Assembly: GCA_000934665.2 (NCBI GenBank)
Contig: JYFJ02002987.1
Location: 1-47,729, forward strand
Direction: 5' to 3'
Length of the DNA: 47,729 bases
Origin: Catajapyx aquilonaris
Lineage: Eukaryota
The notes under the pieces are model-generated. The model was not told the origin of the DNA and searched no databases. It saw only the letters and a program-made list of their open reading frames with translations. How positions within the stretch are numbered: the stretch's first letter is position 1; every line of letters begins with the position of its first letter. The translations under genes were made by a program, and so were the position numbers. Positions 24,602-36,798 of the stretch are shown here, piece by piece.

Positions 24602-26735
24602 TATAATACACAGGTTCATGGTGCTATACGCTACATTGCATATGAAAAGCAAGAGTCGTTTTGGCGACCTTTTCTCCCTTCTTGATTACTGACCCGGTTT
24701 ATTTTGTTCACAGGTTCATGAAAATGTTAATTATTCGTGACAAATGCAATTATTTCACTTTCTCTGCAAGGCACTAAAAATCTCACTTTTTATGAGGTAT
24801 AAAGGCTACAGGATACAAGATTGTAAACAGCAAAAATAGTCGTATAGCAAGATTCGTTGCGCAAGTGGCTGCGTCATTTGAAGCTAAAAATAATTTCATA
24901 TATACTGCAACTATTACGCCAGCTGATAATGATATAACATTTAACAGTATTAGAAAATTTCCGCATGGGTTACCGGTATTGTTTTGTATATTGCAAATGT
25001 TTGATGAAATTATGATAAAGATCCCCTCCCAAAAATTAATGTATGCTAAATTATGTTAATTAGTAATAATAGCTAGCTAATATATAGAATTAGTTGCTTT
25101 CAAATTGAATGATACTTGCCGGAAATATTATTCAAACAATAAAGAAAATCAGTGCAAAACACTGTTCCGGCAGTTCAATTGACGAAACAATAAAAATAAT
25201 TATAACCTTGGGAGGCCCAACGTGTAAAATGAAACGGTAAAGAGGAGAAAAGACCGATTACACTACTATTGACTTTAATGCCTGAAAGATTTCAGTTTCT
25301 TATCAGGTTTTATTTCCGTTCCATTTACCATTCATCCTATATGCAAGGCAGAAAGAGTTATTTTATCCGCGTAAACTGTCGCTTCAAGCGAAAAACGCTG
25401 CATGTTTAGTAGACTAATAATGTGAAAATTCCTATATTTAATTCCTAAAAAGTCCACAAAAGGATCCTATACACTGGGAAATACATAATTATGAGAAAGA
25501 TGACACACTTGGGCGGCTTAAAATGTAAGAGGTTGTGGGAAGATTTCTTCAACCCTGGCAAGGATATAAAGGACTAACCAACTATACCATCAACTTTGGA
25601 CCAGAGTGACTTGAATTCACAAATATGAATACCTCTCACTATTATATTATCTCAATATTTCTTTGGAACAGACGCAGGAAATATTCAGTACAATATTTCG
25701 TTTATACCGACAATTCAAGTACATTTTCATATCTTCAATTAATTAATTAATTAATCCTTTCCTTTATTGTTATGGAAAGTATTTCGATGGCTTCTCACCA
25801 AGATTTCGTGGATTTTGTACAAAGGTTCTCCCGTTTCCTCCTATTCTCCAAAACACGCTTTATCTTACACCCTTACCCCAATTATTGCCTTACCTAATCA
25901 TTCATTTTGTGCAGGCATATGAACTGAAATCCTAAATTAACTATTATTGAGCAATTAAAACTACACTATACTTGTCCAGGCTCATCAACATTTCACGCTT
26001 GCTGGACATGGACGTCACAAGTGTTTCCGGCAGCATAAGTGAGTAAAAGCTTGCGTCAACCGGCGTAAAATGAGTGCACAAGAGCACAAAAAGTAATAAT
26101 TTATATGCATTATTATAAACCGGAAATTCAATAACACGAGGCCTATTATTGACGGTCGTTTGGCTTCTGATTAAGTTACACCAAACATGTAAATCTAACA
26201 CAACAAATGGTACAACCAGGGAAATGAAAGAAACTGGAGCAGAAAATGTTGAATAATATCCGCCAAGTTATATCGGAATTCCTAAAGCCTGGTTCCCACG
26301 CGTGCTTTTCCTTTCCTTAATGATAACAGACGGGCTTCCTTTACGTCCAGCTTGTCCATTTAGGCTACACATAAAAGCCGATTGAATATACCTATATAGG
26401 AACACAACATCAGTTCGATTATTCGTCTAATTTAGTGTATTGATGTGTGAAAAGATACGATGTCAAAAAATGTTTAGACCAAACGAATTCGGGCGCATTA
26501 CATCCTTTATCATTCTAATAATAAAATCTAAGAAAAATTAAATATATTAAAATTATTAATGATGTTCAATAATTAATCAATTAGTGATAATAATACCACA
26601 GTTCTGATGCTTTTATAGCACAAAAATGTGTGACTGGTTACCTTTTGCACTGATCAAAAATTTTATTGCTGAAAACAACAGAATTTAAAATTATTGATAT
26701 TCTCGTTGTTCTCTTGTTGTTATTCACGTGCATGT

Positions 26736-26875
26736 CCGGTTGCAACACAGTAGAAGGTGTATAGCCTCAATTCCGGATTCGTCCTTGTTATTAATTGTTG
26801 GCAACAAAGAACAACACAATTAATAGCAAGGACAATCTCGGGGTTGAGGTTGCACACCTTCACTGGTGCAACCGG
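26736..26875. repeat. Imperfect hairpin, probable MITE relic
   Basis: CCGGTTGCA/TGCAACCGG ends and inner arms GTCCTTGTTATTAATTGT (26781-26798) / ACAATTAATAGCAAGGAC (26816-26833). Confidence 0.6.
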
Positions 26876-27724
26876 GTCTTAAATATATCTTATAGCTGCC
26901 CCGGAAATCCTCAAAAAATTATAATTCAACAAGCCACGTGAAGAACCAAAAAAAAGTATATGGGAATTCAGAATTCAGGAAAACCCGAAGGTAAGATGTC
27001 ACCATCAGAAGTCTGTTAGCGTATTCACCCACCAAAAAGACACGCTCATTTCCTAAAAAAGTCACGTTCTTCCAGGCGTCATTGGCATCATCAACGTCAA
27101 TCACAGGCATTATTATTCCGTCTCTAATCACTGGCTAAGGAAGGGCGACAAGAACATCACCATTCTTTTAAGCATCAGTAACGAGCAATAGTGGTTCAAC
27201 CCCATTCATTGCATCTTCCTGGAGGTTATATCCGCCAATGCCAACATCATTAGTACCACATAGTCTAATACCAAACTCCAAGTTCCGAATGTTATTATCC
27301 TCCGAAGCTGACCATTCCCCTATAATCAGCAAGTCCGATTGCCAACGAGGGCCGGCAAATCGCAGCACAAAACAAGGAAGAGAAATAGAACAATCCTCAA
27401 AAGAACACGAAAAACTTGTCTTCCTCTTGAGGTCCATACAGAGGTCAATCTATTGTCCTCGTCCAAAAAAAAAGTAGGGGGGGGGGGTAATAATAATGCC
27501 TTTCTTATTCTTCATGATGCAACATCCGGGCTACGAACTGTGACCCCTGCGGACACATCTATTTACCACCGTCACAAATCCGCCCTCAAGCTCAGAGGTC
27601 ACAGGTGTCCTTGGGTCGCACATCCCTTACCATAACTCCTCATCCTCCCCAGAACTCATCCAAGTGAAAGGCCGCGCAGCAACCAAGGCCGGCCATCCCC
27701 CCGCGGGGCTCGAACCCAAGGCCG

Positions 27725-27763
27725 CCAATATTAGCACCCCGCCAAAGCCAGTCACGATATAAG
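27725..27763 (+). promoter_or_regulatory. Candidate core promoter of lectin 2 (CCAAT + TATA-like)
   Basis: CCAAT 27725-27729 and TATAAG 27758-27763, about 150 bp upstream of ATG 27911. Confidence 0.45.
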
Positions 27764-27910
27764 AGAGCCGCAGCCGATGCATCGGGTCGCAGAAGTCGCA
27801 AGGCGGACCTGGAACACCCACCCATTAGCACCGTCGACAACTAACCGGAAGGTGTGTGAGGAACCATATCAGATCAGGAGCTTCTTCTTCGGCTAGACTA
27901 CAGTAAGGTC

Positions 27911-29158
27911 ATGGGGTCAACGACGCTGATCCTTCTTGTCCTAGTGGTGGGAACAGCATTGGCGGATGTTGGAGATGTCACTAGCAATTCAGTCAAAGGT
28001 TCAGAAGAAGGCCGGTTTCTGGATCTTCCAAAGCCTCATCTTTGCGCTTCAAGTAAGTACCATCAGGTTCATATCAGGTTGCTGTTAGGATCAACCAATC
28101 AGTATCCAGTTATATATATAAAAAATAAGCTATAATGTCACATAGGCTATTTTCCCATCACTATCCAAGGTTCCTTAGAACACGATTGGTGCCATCCCCC
28201 TCACATGTATTGCGAATAACCAGCCGCGGCTATCCTCCTTTCGACAAAATCTCTTTGTCCTTTCCATCTCTGCATGAAGCCAGCACATTGAGGAGTGAAA
28301 AATGCCCAGAAGTTGTTGCTCAATGTCTTGATTTATTATGCCATCTCGTCGTGACTGCATGCATTGTAATTGTCGTGCTCTGTCGACCTCAATGTAACAG
28401 TCTTTGTCACGCAGGACCCAAGCACTTCTTCCTGAGGGGACACAATTACTACTTCAGCGGGAATGTCACCCAGTATAAGACGACACAAGTGGATTGGTTG
28501 GACGCCAGGAACATCTGTAGACACTACTGTATGGACCTGGTGTCTTTTGAGCATAAAGATGAGTTTGAGTTTATCGCTCGAAGGATGCAAGACCGTAAGT
28601 CTTAATGATAATTAGATATTGCAGAATTTGCTGTCTTTTTTTTTTTTGCAGATGATGTTCCATACATTTGGACCTCTGGTCGTCTTTGCGACTTCAAGGG
28701 CTGTGAAGACCGTGAGGACCTGAAGCCTGTTCGTGTGAAAGGCTGGTTCTGGTCGGCTAACAGAGTCAAGATGGCCCCAACTAACCAGGTAGGTAACCTT
28801 GCAGGAAAATTGGAGACCATGAATGAAAACATGCGAGATGATGGAAATATCAAGATGGAGCCTACAATAGAGATGACGAGAGATTTATGGCTATTTTTTT
28901 ATTGTATTGTAGGTGCCTCCAGAGTGGAGTTACCAGCCATGGAGTCATACAGGAAACTTCGGAAATGCACAACCGGACAATGCTGAATTCCGGATCAATC
29001 AGACACCGGAATCATGCCTGGCGGTCCTGAACAACGTGTACGGCGATGGTATTGGCTTCCACGATATTGCCTGCTACCACAAGAAGCCGTTTTACTGCGA
29101 AGACTCTGAGGAACTGCTATCTTACATCAGCTCGACCAATCCTGGCCTCAATCTTTAA
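27911..29158 (+). CDS. Secreted single-domain C-type lectin (QPD motif), paralogue of the upstream lectin, ~234 aa, 4 coding exons
   Basis: Exons 27911-28052, 28415-28594, 28652-28788, 28913-29158. Signal peptide MGSTTLILLVLVVGTALA; motifs VDWLDARNICRHYCMDLVSFE, IWTSGRLCDFKGC, GWFWSA, WSHTG..QPDN and FHDIACYHKKPFYCE; AATAAA at 29544-29549. Confidence 0.93.
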
Positions 29159-31399
29159 AATCTTCTAGCTATTTATTCTTATACTATTTTTTTCTGTGCT
29201 CTATTTATGAGTAAGGCGCAGCATTCCCGTGGACTCCAGTAACTTATAGGGGTGCTTCATCTGCTTACTATCGATAAGACATGTTACAACTTACAGGAGT
29301 CCACGTGAATTCCAACAAATGTCCGCTTCTGAAAGGGAATCCCGACGTTTCCTGTCTGTACAAATCTTTTCGCCGTACACAATAACTCGCTAAATGTTAC
29401 GCTCCAGGATACTTGTTGGTTCATAATTTTTTTATAATTATATTTTGTTACTAGTGTGTGTTAGACTGTTCACTCTTGTTGTTTTTGCTCATAGTTTCAC
29501 TCTCCCCTGTGATTGTTTTGTTACTCCCAAGAGAAATCCCCCTAATAAAATCTGTTTGTTACATGTGTGTCCTTTTTAAAAATGCAAGATGACCTCTCCT
29601 GTCGATGGCCTCCTCATTGAAAAAACCGATGAGACTTATACGTCCCGCTTTCCCCTTGCCAAATAAACCAGGACGCCCTACAGAAACGGCAGGTGCTGGC
29701 ACCTGATGGAATTCCCTCACCCACACACACACATGCCACCTACACATATGCTACTGTTCCACATCAGTACCGGTATCATCAATACGTTTTTTATTCAGAA
29801 AAGGGGAGAAACCTCGTATTGTCTAACTTGCGTCAGAGTTTTCAATAGAAAAAAAAGAGAAATCTTCATGCTCCTTTTTAAAGGCCCTGACCCTACCTTT
29901 CTTGGGGGCGACATATTCATAAGGGTGTGGGTGCAAGTAACATGGACTAAGAAACTTCCCTTTCCCAAATAAATGGAAAGTAAAACAGCCCCCATGAAGG
30001 ATGCTGATCTAATAGTCGGGTGCCAATGACCTGTATTGTATAACTTTGGTAATTTTTGCGACACTGTATAACACGTCACTTCTCTTGAACTCGTTACCTT
30101 CCACTCGATATCACGCTTTTTCGATGTCGAGTAAATCTTCTTGTCTTTTCACGGGTGTAACTAGTGTAAGATATGTCAAAAAAGATCCTTATTTATGCGG
30201 ATAGATAAGGATTTAAAGGCTTTTCAAGGCAAAATGTCATGTAGGCTGTAATTTTAGACATGCTCTGAGAGAGGTACAGTCTGACGATGTGTGTGTGTGT
30301 GTTATTTTTTTCTTTTTTTCGGGGGTGACTTTGACCCAGTTATTGCATGACTTTAGCTTTTCTTTTTTTCTGCATGTTCTCAAACCGGTACATGAGGACT
30401 CCCTATGGAGGTCACGAAAGTCATACAGCTTTGTTTGCATACATTATTGGCAACTCTCGAGAATTACGGCTAGGTGCTTCCAGATTGTTACCAAAACTAA
30501 GCGGTTATTTTTAACTATCTGCTAATATAACTTTCATCAGCTCGTGCTTTTATGAAGAAAGAAAAAAACAAACGCGAAAAATAGTGTCAATAGAGATTGT
30601 TGACCTGGCATGATAATCCTGATATATTATTGGCATATCAATGAACTTTGATCATTACGATGTCCCATATTTATTATATCAGATGTTTATCTCGTGCATT
30701 CGCAGCGGATTCTCATTACTGTTTATAGGCTGCACAGGTGGAGATCCCAGGAGAAAGGACTTATCCGAAATTGGACTAACGGTGCAACGACCCTTTAAAA
30801 TATTACACGAGAGGAAATTAATTAGCCAAAGAAAAATGTTAGAGAACATCCCAATTTGCAAGCTGTTCCAAATGTGGAGTCTGTTATGAAATTCTGGTGA
30901 GAGTTAATCCATTGTTTTAACTAGTAAAATATGTGCACTTCGCCACTTGTGCATGAATACCTGTCGAGAGGACGATGCAATGCCTGGGACGTGCGCAATA
31001 CCGGTATACAGCCTTTAGGCAAATTAGTTCCAAATACCTTCTTTGACACTTGAGGTATCTTCACACTTGAGTTTTAGAATATTGGCCCCCCCAGGCGACA
31101 CAGGTTTTTGAATAACCCTTTGTGTACCATGCAGACCAACAAATCAAAGAAAAGGAGACAGCTGTGAGACCAGGAGACAAACACAAAAACCATCTGTGGT
31201 GTCAGTATAAGGAAGTCTGAAACCAGATCATCAACTCAGTAGGGCAAGCAGTACAATACAAGCAGGGGCCACTGACCATTACGTTCCACCCACCCACGGC
31301 TGAAAATATGATTATATTTGACTGAAAAGAGCGCCTCCCGCCAGATGTCACCCCCTCCGCCAACCAGCTGATTTTCCTTCCTGGTCCTGTGTGGCTCCC

Positions 31400-31633
31400 T
31401 CCCATTGGCCGCTCTCTCCCAGTCGCAGCCAATGGAGGCTCCCCTCTCACAAGACATGTTTACACCACCAAGTCGCTCATGATTTTTTTTTGTTTTGTTT
31501 TGTTTGTGTCTGGTCGTCCATGTCCGTCTGTCTGTGTCTGCATTTCCAAGAACAATCGGATTAGGTCCCTGGTTCGATTCCCATCCACTTGGCAATGGAA
31601 GAGGCTGGGAGGTGCGGAAAATCCGGATGTTTC
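31400..31633 (+). promoter_or_regulatory. Probable Atg4 promoter and first (5' UTR) exon
   Basis: Opposed CCAAT boxes (ATTGG ~31404, CCAAT ~31429), GC-richer patch and strong donor TTC|GTAAGT at 31633/31634. An acceptor TGCAG| at 33705 precedes the ATG exon. Confidence 0.55.
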
Positions 31634-32272
31634 GTAAGTGTCGTCTGGATCACGGGACTGGCAGCTGAGAGAGGGAAAGAAGGGGAAGACTAGGCCTAGC
31701 TTACGACACGACTCAGCACCTTTTTATTACTTAAAAAATAAGTGTACGGAATGGGTCGCCATAATGAGCCAGAAGTCTAATTAGTGCCAGTGTACGTAGA
31801 GCAAGCACATTGTATGGTATGGAAGTAATGGCAAGTCCTGTAGCAGAAAGTGAAAGGGATTTGAATGGAACGTGATTCACCAAGGGCATGTGTCTGGTAG
31901 TGTTAACAGTTATATCAGCTAGGTTCATAGTGTGTAAAAGTCGAAGAATGTACGGTCCAAACTACAGAGAATGGTACAATGTTGACAGTCAGTGTCACGC
32001 TGTTTGAAAGGACTGTAGTTTGGGGTTAGCCCCCCCAGACTGTTGCTGGCCATGTGTCCAGACCTGCTGAATATGGCCAGTGTAAGTCCGAGGACAAAAG
32101 TACTGGTATTTTGCGGAATGCCGGTTCAGTACTGTTTGTAAGTCAGAAACCTGAAGAAAGATATCATTCATCCATTAGTGCCAGTTTTAGCAAAGAGTTT
32201 TAGTGCATTTTAAAGGAATTTCGGGTTGAGGGAAGTTAATGAATACTGCCCAACTGTATAACCAGGGAAGTA

Positions 32273-32434
32273 CAGTGTTGGTCATATATCGAGGCAACCG
32301 CCAGCGACATTTTTCCAAAGCGACGAAAGAAGGAATCGAAGATAAGCATACTACAAGCCGGGCGAACAAGATTCCTTCTTCTGCCGCTTCGGAAAAATGT
32401 CGCTGGCGGTTGCCTCGATATGTGACCAACACTG
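32273..32434. mobile_element. Tc1/mariner-type MITE, 162 bp
   Basis: TA TSD (32271-32272, 32435-32436), CAGTG...CACTG ends and ~45-bp near-perfect TIRs; the whole element folds as a hairpin. Confidence 0.85.
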
Positions 32435-33753
32435 TACTTGCATAATGTCACCAATTTTGGTGCAGCACATGCAGCTGAGAGTAACTGGGCAGCCTGAACT
32501 TGAAAAACTGGACGCTACAGGTTGCACACAAAAACTAGTCTGGCCTACAATTCTGTCTTGATTACGCAAAATCTGATGTATCGTAGCCAGAGCAGGTTTC
32601 TATGCCTCACAACCCCAGTCAATCTAAATGAGCTACCTCACCATTACTAGGAACCAAGTAAGACTGATTTGTTGCTGAAATATATTCAGTTTCCTATCAG
32701 GCCATTTCCATCTTGCCCTGTGAACCATCAGAACCTGAGCCATTTCAGGCTAGTTTGAAGCTTTCTTATTCGACATGCTCATATGATTTGTACTTATGAC
32801 CAGGTCTGTGTATATATTGCTGGTATAAAAAACATTTTGGTCTAAATTTTTGACGTGGATTATGTCCGTCAATTGGAGATGCAGAGCCAGTATGTAAATC
32901 AATGTTGTGTAAGGATGGCACAACATGTGGTGAGGATTTTCCCCATAATAACATTCCCCATAAATAACATGAATGAAAGCAGTATAATCAATGTGGGCAA
33001 ATCTGAGCCATTTTTCTCTTCCTACTTTGCTGCATCCAATTCTAAAGGTAGTTTCCCAAGGCAACTATTGTGTTGCATTTCATACCTCCTGAACTAAAAT
33101 AATGGGGACAACTTCTTGGTAATTTCACATACATAGCTTTTTTTATCCTTTGCTGCACGGAAAGTTGTGCAACCATGTCAACCTGCTTCCAGCCTGCCTT
33201 CAAAAGCGTCACAGGCATAGACTCAACTACTCCACTAATGGTGACAATCACAACCCATTAAAATTGCTTTCCCATCATTTGTATTATGCAACTAAGGGGA
33301 AAAACGAATTGGAACTTTCCCCTCTCATAATAACATGGACACTATGAACGTAATCATGCTCGAGGATATTTATTCACATTTGTTCATTCATCCATCCATT
33401 ACACTCACGACATATTCCCAAGATGGGGTTACCAGCGATGACCATAGGTACAATCCACCTGGCCATCTCATTTGTGCCTTTGCAATAATGGATATTTCAC
33501 TTAAATCTCTGTACAAGTTGCATGCTGCTGTGTGTAGCTAATATGTAATATGTAGCTAATGTTTTTCTCCCAGTTATTCACATGGCTGGCCTTCAACTGT
33601 GAAAACAGCAGCAGGATGCAACATTGTCAATTATCATTAACATGTAGAGGGCTATGTATTACAAGAGTGTTTTAATTTATGCTTATGCTGCTTATTTTGA
33701 TGCAGGCATGATTGCAAACAACTTGCATTTGATTTGGGTGAGTTAACTTGGAC

Positions 33754-36700
33754 ATGGACATGATGTTTGAGGCCTGCATGACTTATGAAGCAGCCACTCC
33801 AGAGCCTGATGACTTTCCTAGGGTCAAAGACACTGTGTGGCTTCTTGGGAAGAAATACGACACAATAGAAGGTGATTGTCACAGACAATTGCTGAAAGGT
33901 TCTGTGTTGAACTAATGACGATCATTATCTTTTACAGACCTAGATGACCTTAGAGCTGATGTCCGATCCCGGTTGTGGTTTACATATAGGAAAGGCTTCG
34001 TTTCCATTGGTGACACTGGACTAACTACTGATAAAGGATGGGGATGTATGCTGAGATGTGGACAGATGGTGTTGGGACAGGCTCTTCTCCTGCTACACCT
34101 AGGTGAGTATGCTACCAAATTTCATTTCAAGATGTCGAATTGCTTTGGAACCTAGATATCATTAGTTAAAAGATTGGACATGTGGCTCACATGTTGTCTC
34201 GTACAATCACAGGGAATCTGGGCAACCTCCAGTGACTTGTAAATATTGATCAATTTCATTCACTTTTTTGTAAAGTCAGATCCTGTCATCAGTATATTCA
34301 TGCAGGCGGTAACAGGATTCAAATTGAAGTCCGGCTTTCATCATGACCATAAAAATTGGGTCATGCGACATTCATTTAGTTTCAAGCACAAGTGACTCAT
34401 TACCGATTGACTTCTAAAAGAGTGTTTACACACTGGGTGATTCATGTCACGTTACCTTGGAATATACGCTGCATGTTAGGCGAATGTGGACTGCTTCCAA
34501 ATTAAGCATGTCCCATTTCTTAACAGCTTTCACACATATTGACATCAGGCCTGTGCTTGTACGAATTTTTCAAAATGACAGAAGAAAAATGGAGTGTATG
34601 AAAGAACCATAATGATGGCCATGCATTTTTATTTTCAGGTCGTGACTGGAGGTGGTTTCCTGACAGCACGGAACCTAAGTACCTGCGCATAGTGCAAATG
34701 TTTGAAGATAATAGGCGGCCTCCCTACTCCATTCATAACATAGCTCGCATGGGCGGCTCTGAAGGGAAAGAGGTAGGACAGTGGTTTGGTCCCAACACAG
34801 TGGCTCAAGTGCTCAGGAAACTCACTGACTACGATAAGTGGAGCAATCTCACCATTCATGTCGCCATGGACAATGTGGTTGTTGTGGAAGAAATTAGTGA
34901 GTTTATGTACCGTGCATTCTTGCATGCTGTATATAGTATATATGGAGTTCTTACATACTCCACCTTGATTGCAGAGAGGCAGTGCCGGAAGCAGGGTGAC
35001 GGGAAGGACCCTTGGCAACCACTCTTGCTGGTTATTCCACTTAGGCTGGGCTTATCAGAAATGAACCACATCTATGTTGATGCCCTTAAGGTATGCTGCT
35101 TGTGCTGCTCTCAGAGCTCTTAATTTTTAGGTGAAGGGATTGTTCAAGTGTAAGGCCGCATTTACATGTGAACGATTTGCTCTGCTATGAAACCAATATT
35201 GTTTGGAGCAAATCTGTCACATGTAAATGCAGCATAATTGCTAAAGGAATGTTACAGGTTGTATTTGAATGTTTTTAGAGCCATACAGATGTTACATAAC
35301 ATCAATAGCCAAGGTGTAAGTTATGGCTTTCCATTTCAGGCATGCTTTAGGTACCGTCAGTCTGTGGGCGTGATAGGTGGCAAACCCAACCATGCCCTGT
35401 ACTTCATTGGGTATGTGGGTGATGAGGTGGTCTTTTTGGATCCTCACACAACCCAACCTGCCTCTCCTGTTGACCAGAAGGTCCATGAGCACCAGAGGGC
35501 AGCAGATGAGTCCTACCACTGCCCTTTTGCAAGTAGAATGCACTTCCTTCACATGGACCCCTCAGTCGCTGTGGTTAGTCACTGGCTTGATATCGTTCAT
35601 GTACAGTATATTGTGATCGTTCACTCCAATTATTTTATTTCCATGCAATGAACCACGCTATCGCAAGTCATTGGTTCCAAGCCCTCCATGGATAAACTGA
35701 ACCCTATACAGGGAAGGGAAACTCGTAGCCAATGGCCAGGTAGACTGATAGTACTCGTAAAACTAATATAGGGATGTGCGATTAGTCTTGTGCGCCGTCA
35801 AAGTTTTGTGACGTCACATCCGTTCCGCCAGCTTCTTGGGTCCGTAACACATCGTCCATGTGCAATAGGTGATCAAATCCCGTCAGAGTATGAATCCTGG
35901 TATGACACCTGTGCACTTCGTCGTTTTTACCTCATATTTTACCATCCAGCCCTACTACACTTTAAAGGCGCCGCATTAACTACGCAACTGAGCCAAAAAG
36001 TAATTGCACATCCCTATATTGGTTTTACGAGTACTATCAGTCTACCTGGCAATTGTTCGCGAGTTTCCCTGCACATTGGATATAAGATACATTTTTAATC
36101 ATATGAACATGCCTGAAGTTTACAAACAAAAGCAATTAGCAATAAAGTAGAATAGTTATAACAACAGTACTGTACTGTGAAAGAAAGAGGCGTTCAGTTT
36201 TGAAAACTTACTATATTTTTATTAAATGTTTTCAAACCATTGAAACTGCATATAATAGAGGCTTGCAGTACACAGTGTGTGCTTGTTTGGCATCATTTTG
36301 GTGTAGTTAAAGAAATAAGGCCTAAATATTCTCACAGGTACATTAATTTTATTATGGTATTTGACACAAAATAATCTCATTTGTACATTTGTATGTTTCT
36401 ATTGAAATTCCAGCAGTACTGTCCATTGCCATGCGTAATATCATGCCTGTAACATAAATCACTTGTTTCATCTGCAGTGTTTCTTCTGCAAGACGGAAGC
36501 TGACTTTGACGTCTTGTGCCAGTCATTCCGGAGTCAAGGAGAAGGGGGAGACGCAAGTGTTGGAGGGGAAGGGAGTAGACAGCCTCTCTTTGAGGTCTGC
36601 ACGAAAAGGCCAGAACCATGGGCACCTTCGCTGGACATGTTTGAGAGCTCACTAGAAGGGGCTGCTTGTTTGGGTAATTTCTCTATACTTTAGCATGCGT

Positions 36701-36798
36701 TTTTTCTTGAGTCACTCGAGTCCTATCTCATATTTCTTGCAGATGTTCTGGATGACCGCCAATTCAACTCGGAGGATGAATTTGAGTTCCTGGGTTGA
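33754..36798 (+). CDS. Atg4: Cysteine protease Atg4 (ATG4A/B type, peptidase C54), ~380 aa, 7 coding exons
   Basis: Exons 33754-33871, 33938-34102, 34639-34896, 34975-35090, 35340-35573, 36478-36673, 36743-36798. Motifs LWFTYRKGF, catalytic DKGWGCMLRCGQM, GQWFGPNT, IPLRLG, GVIGGKPNHALYFIG, catalytic LDPH, MDPSVAV and C-terminal LIR-like EDEFEFLG. Confidence 0.95.
35154..35234. mobile_element. Tiny PIF/Harbinger (Tourist)-like MITE, 81 bp, in an Atg4 intron
   Basis: TAA on both sides (35151-35153, 35235-35237) and arms GCATTTACATGTGA / TCACATGTAAATGC. Confidence 0.6.
35715..36070. mobile_element. MITE with ~70-bp terminal inverted repeats in an Atg4 intron
   Basis: GCCAGGTAGACTGATAGTACTCGTAAAACTAATATAGGGATGTGC (from 35735) is nearly the reverse complement of 36006-36050. 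Pairing extends to AGGGAAACTCG/CGAGTTTCCCT; the exact ends are uncertain. Confidence 0.75.

Noticed and set aside
31571..31581. Perfect Pol III B box GGTTCGATTCC in the Atg4 leader
   Set aside because: No A box, cloverleaf, tail or TSD; could be chance
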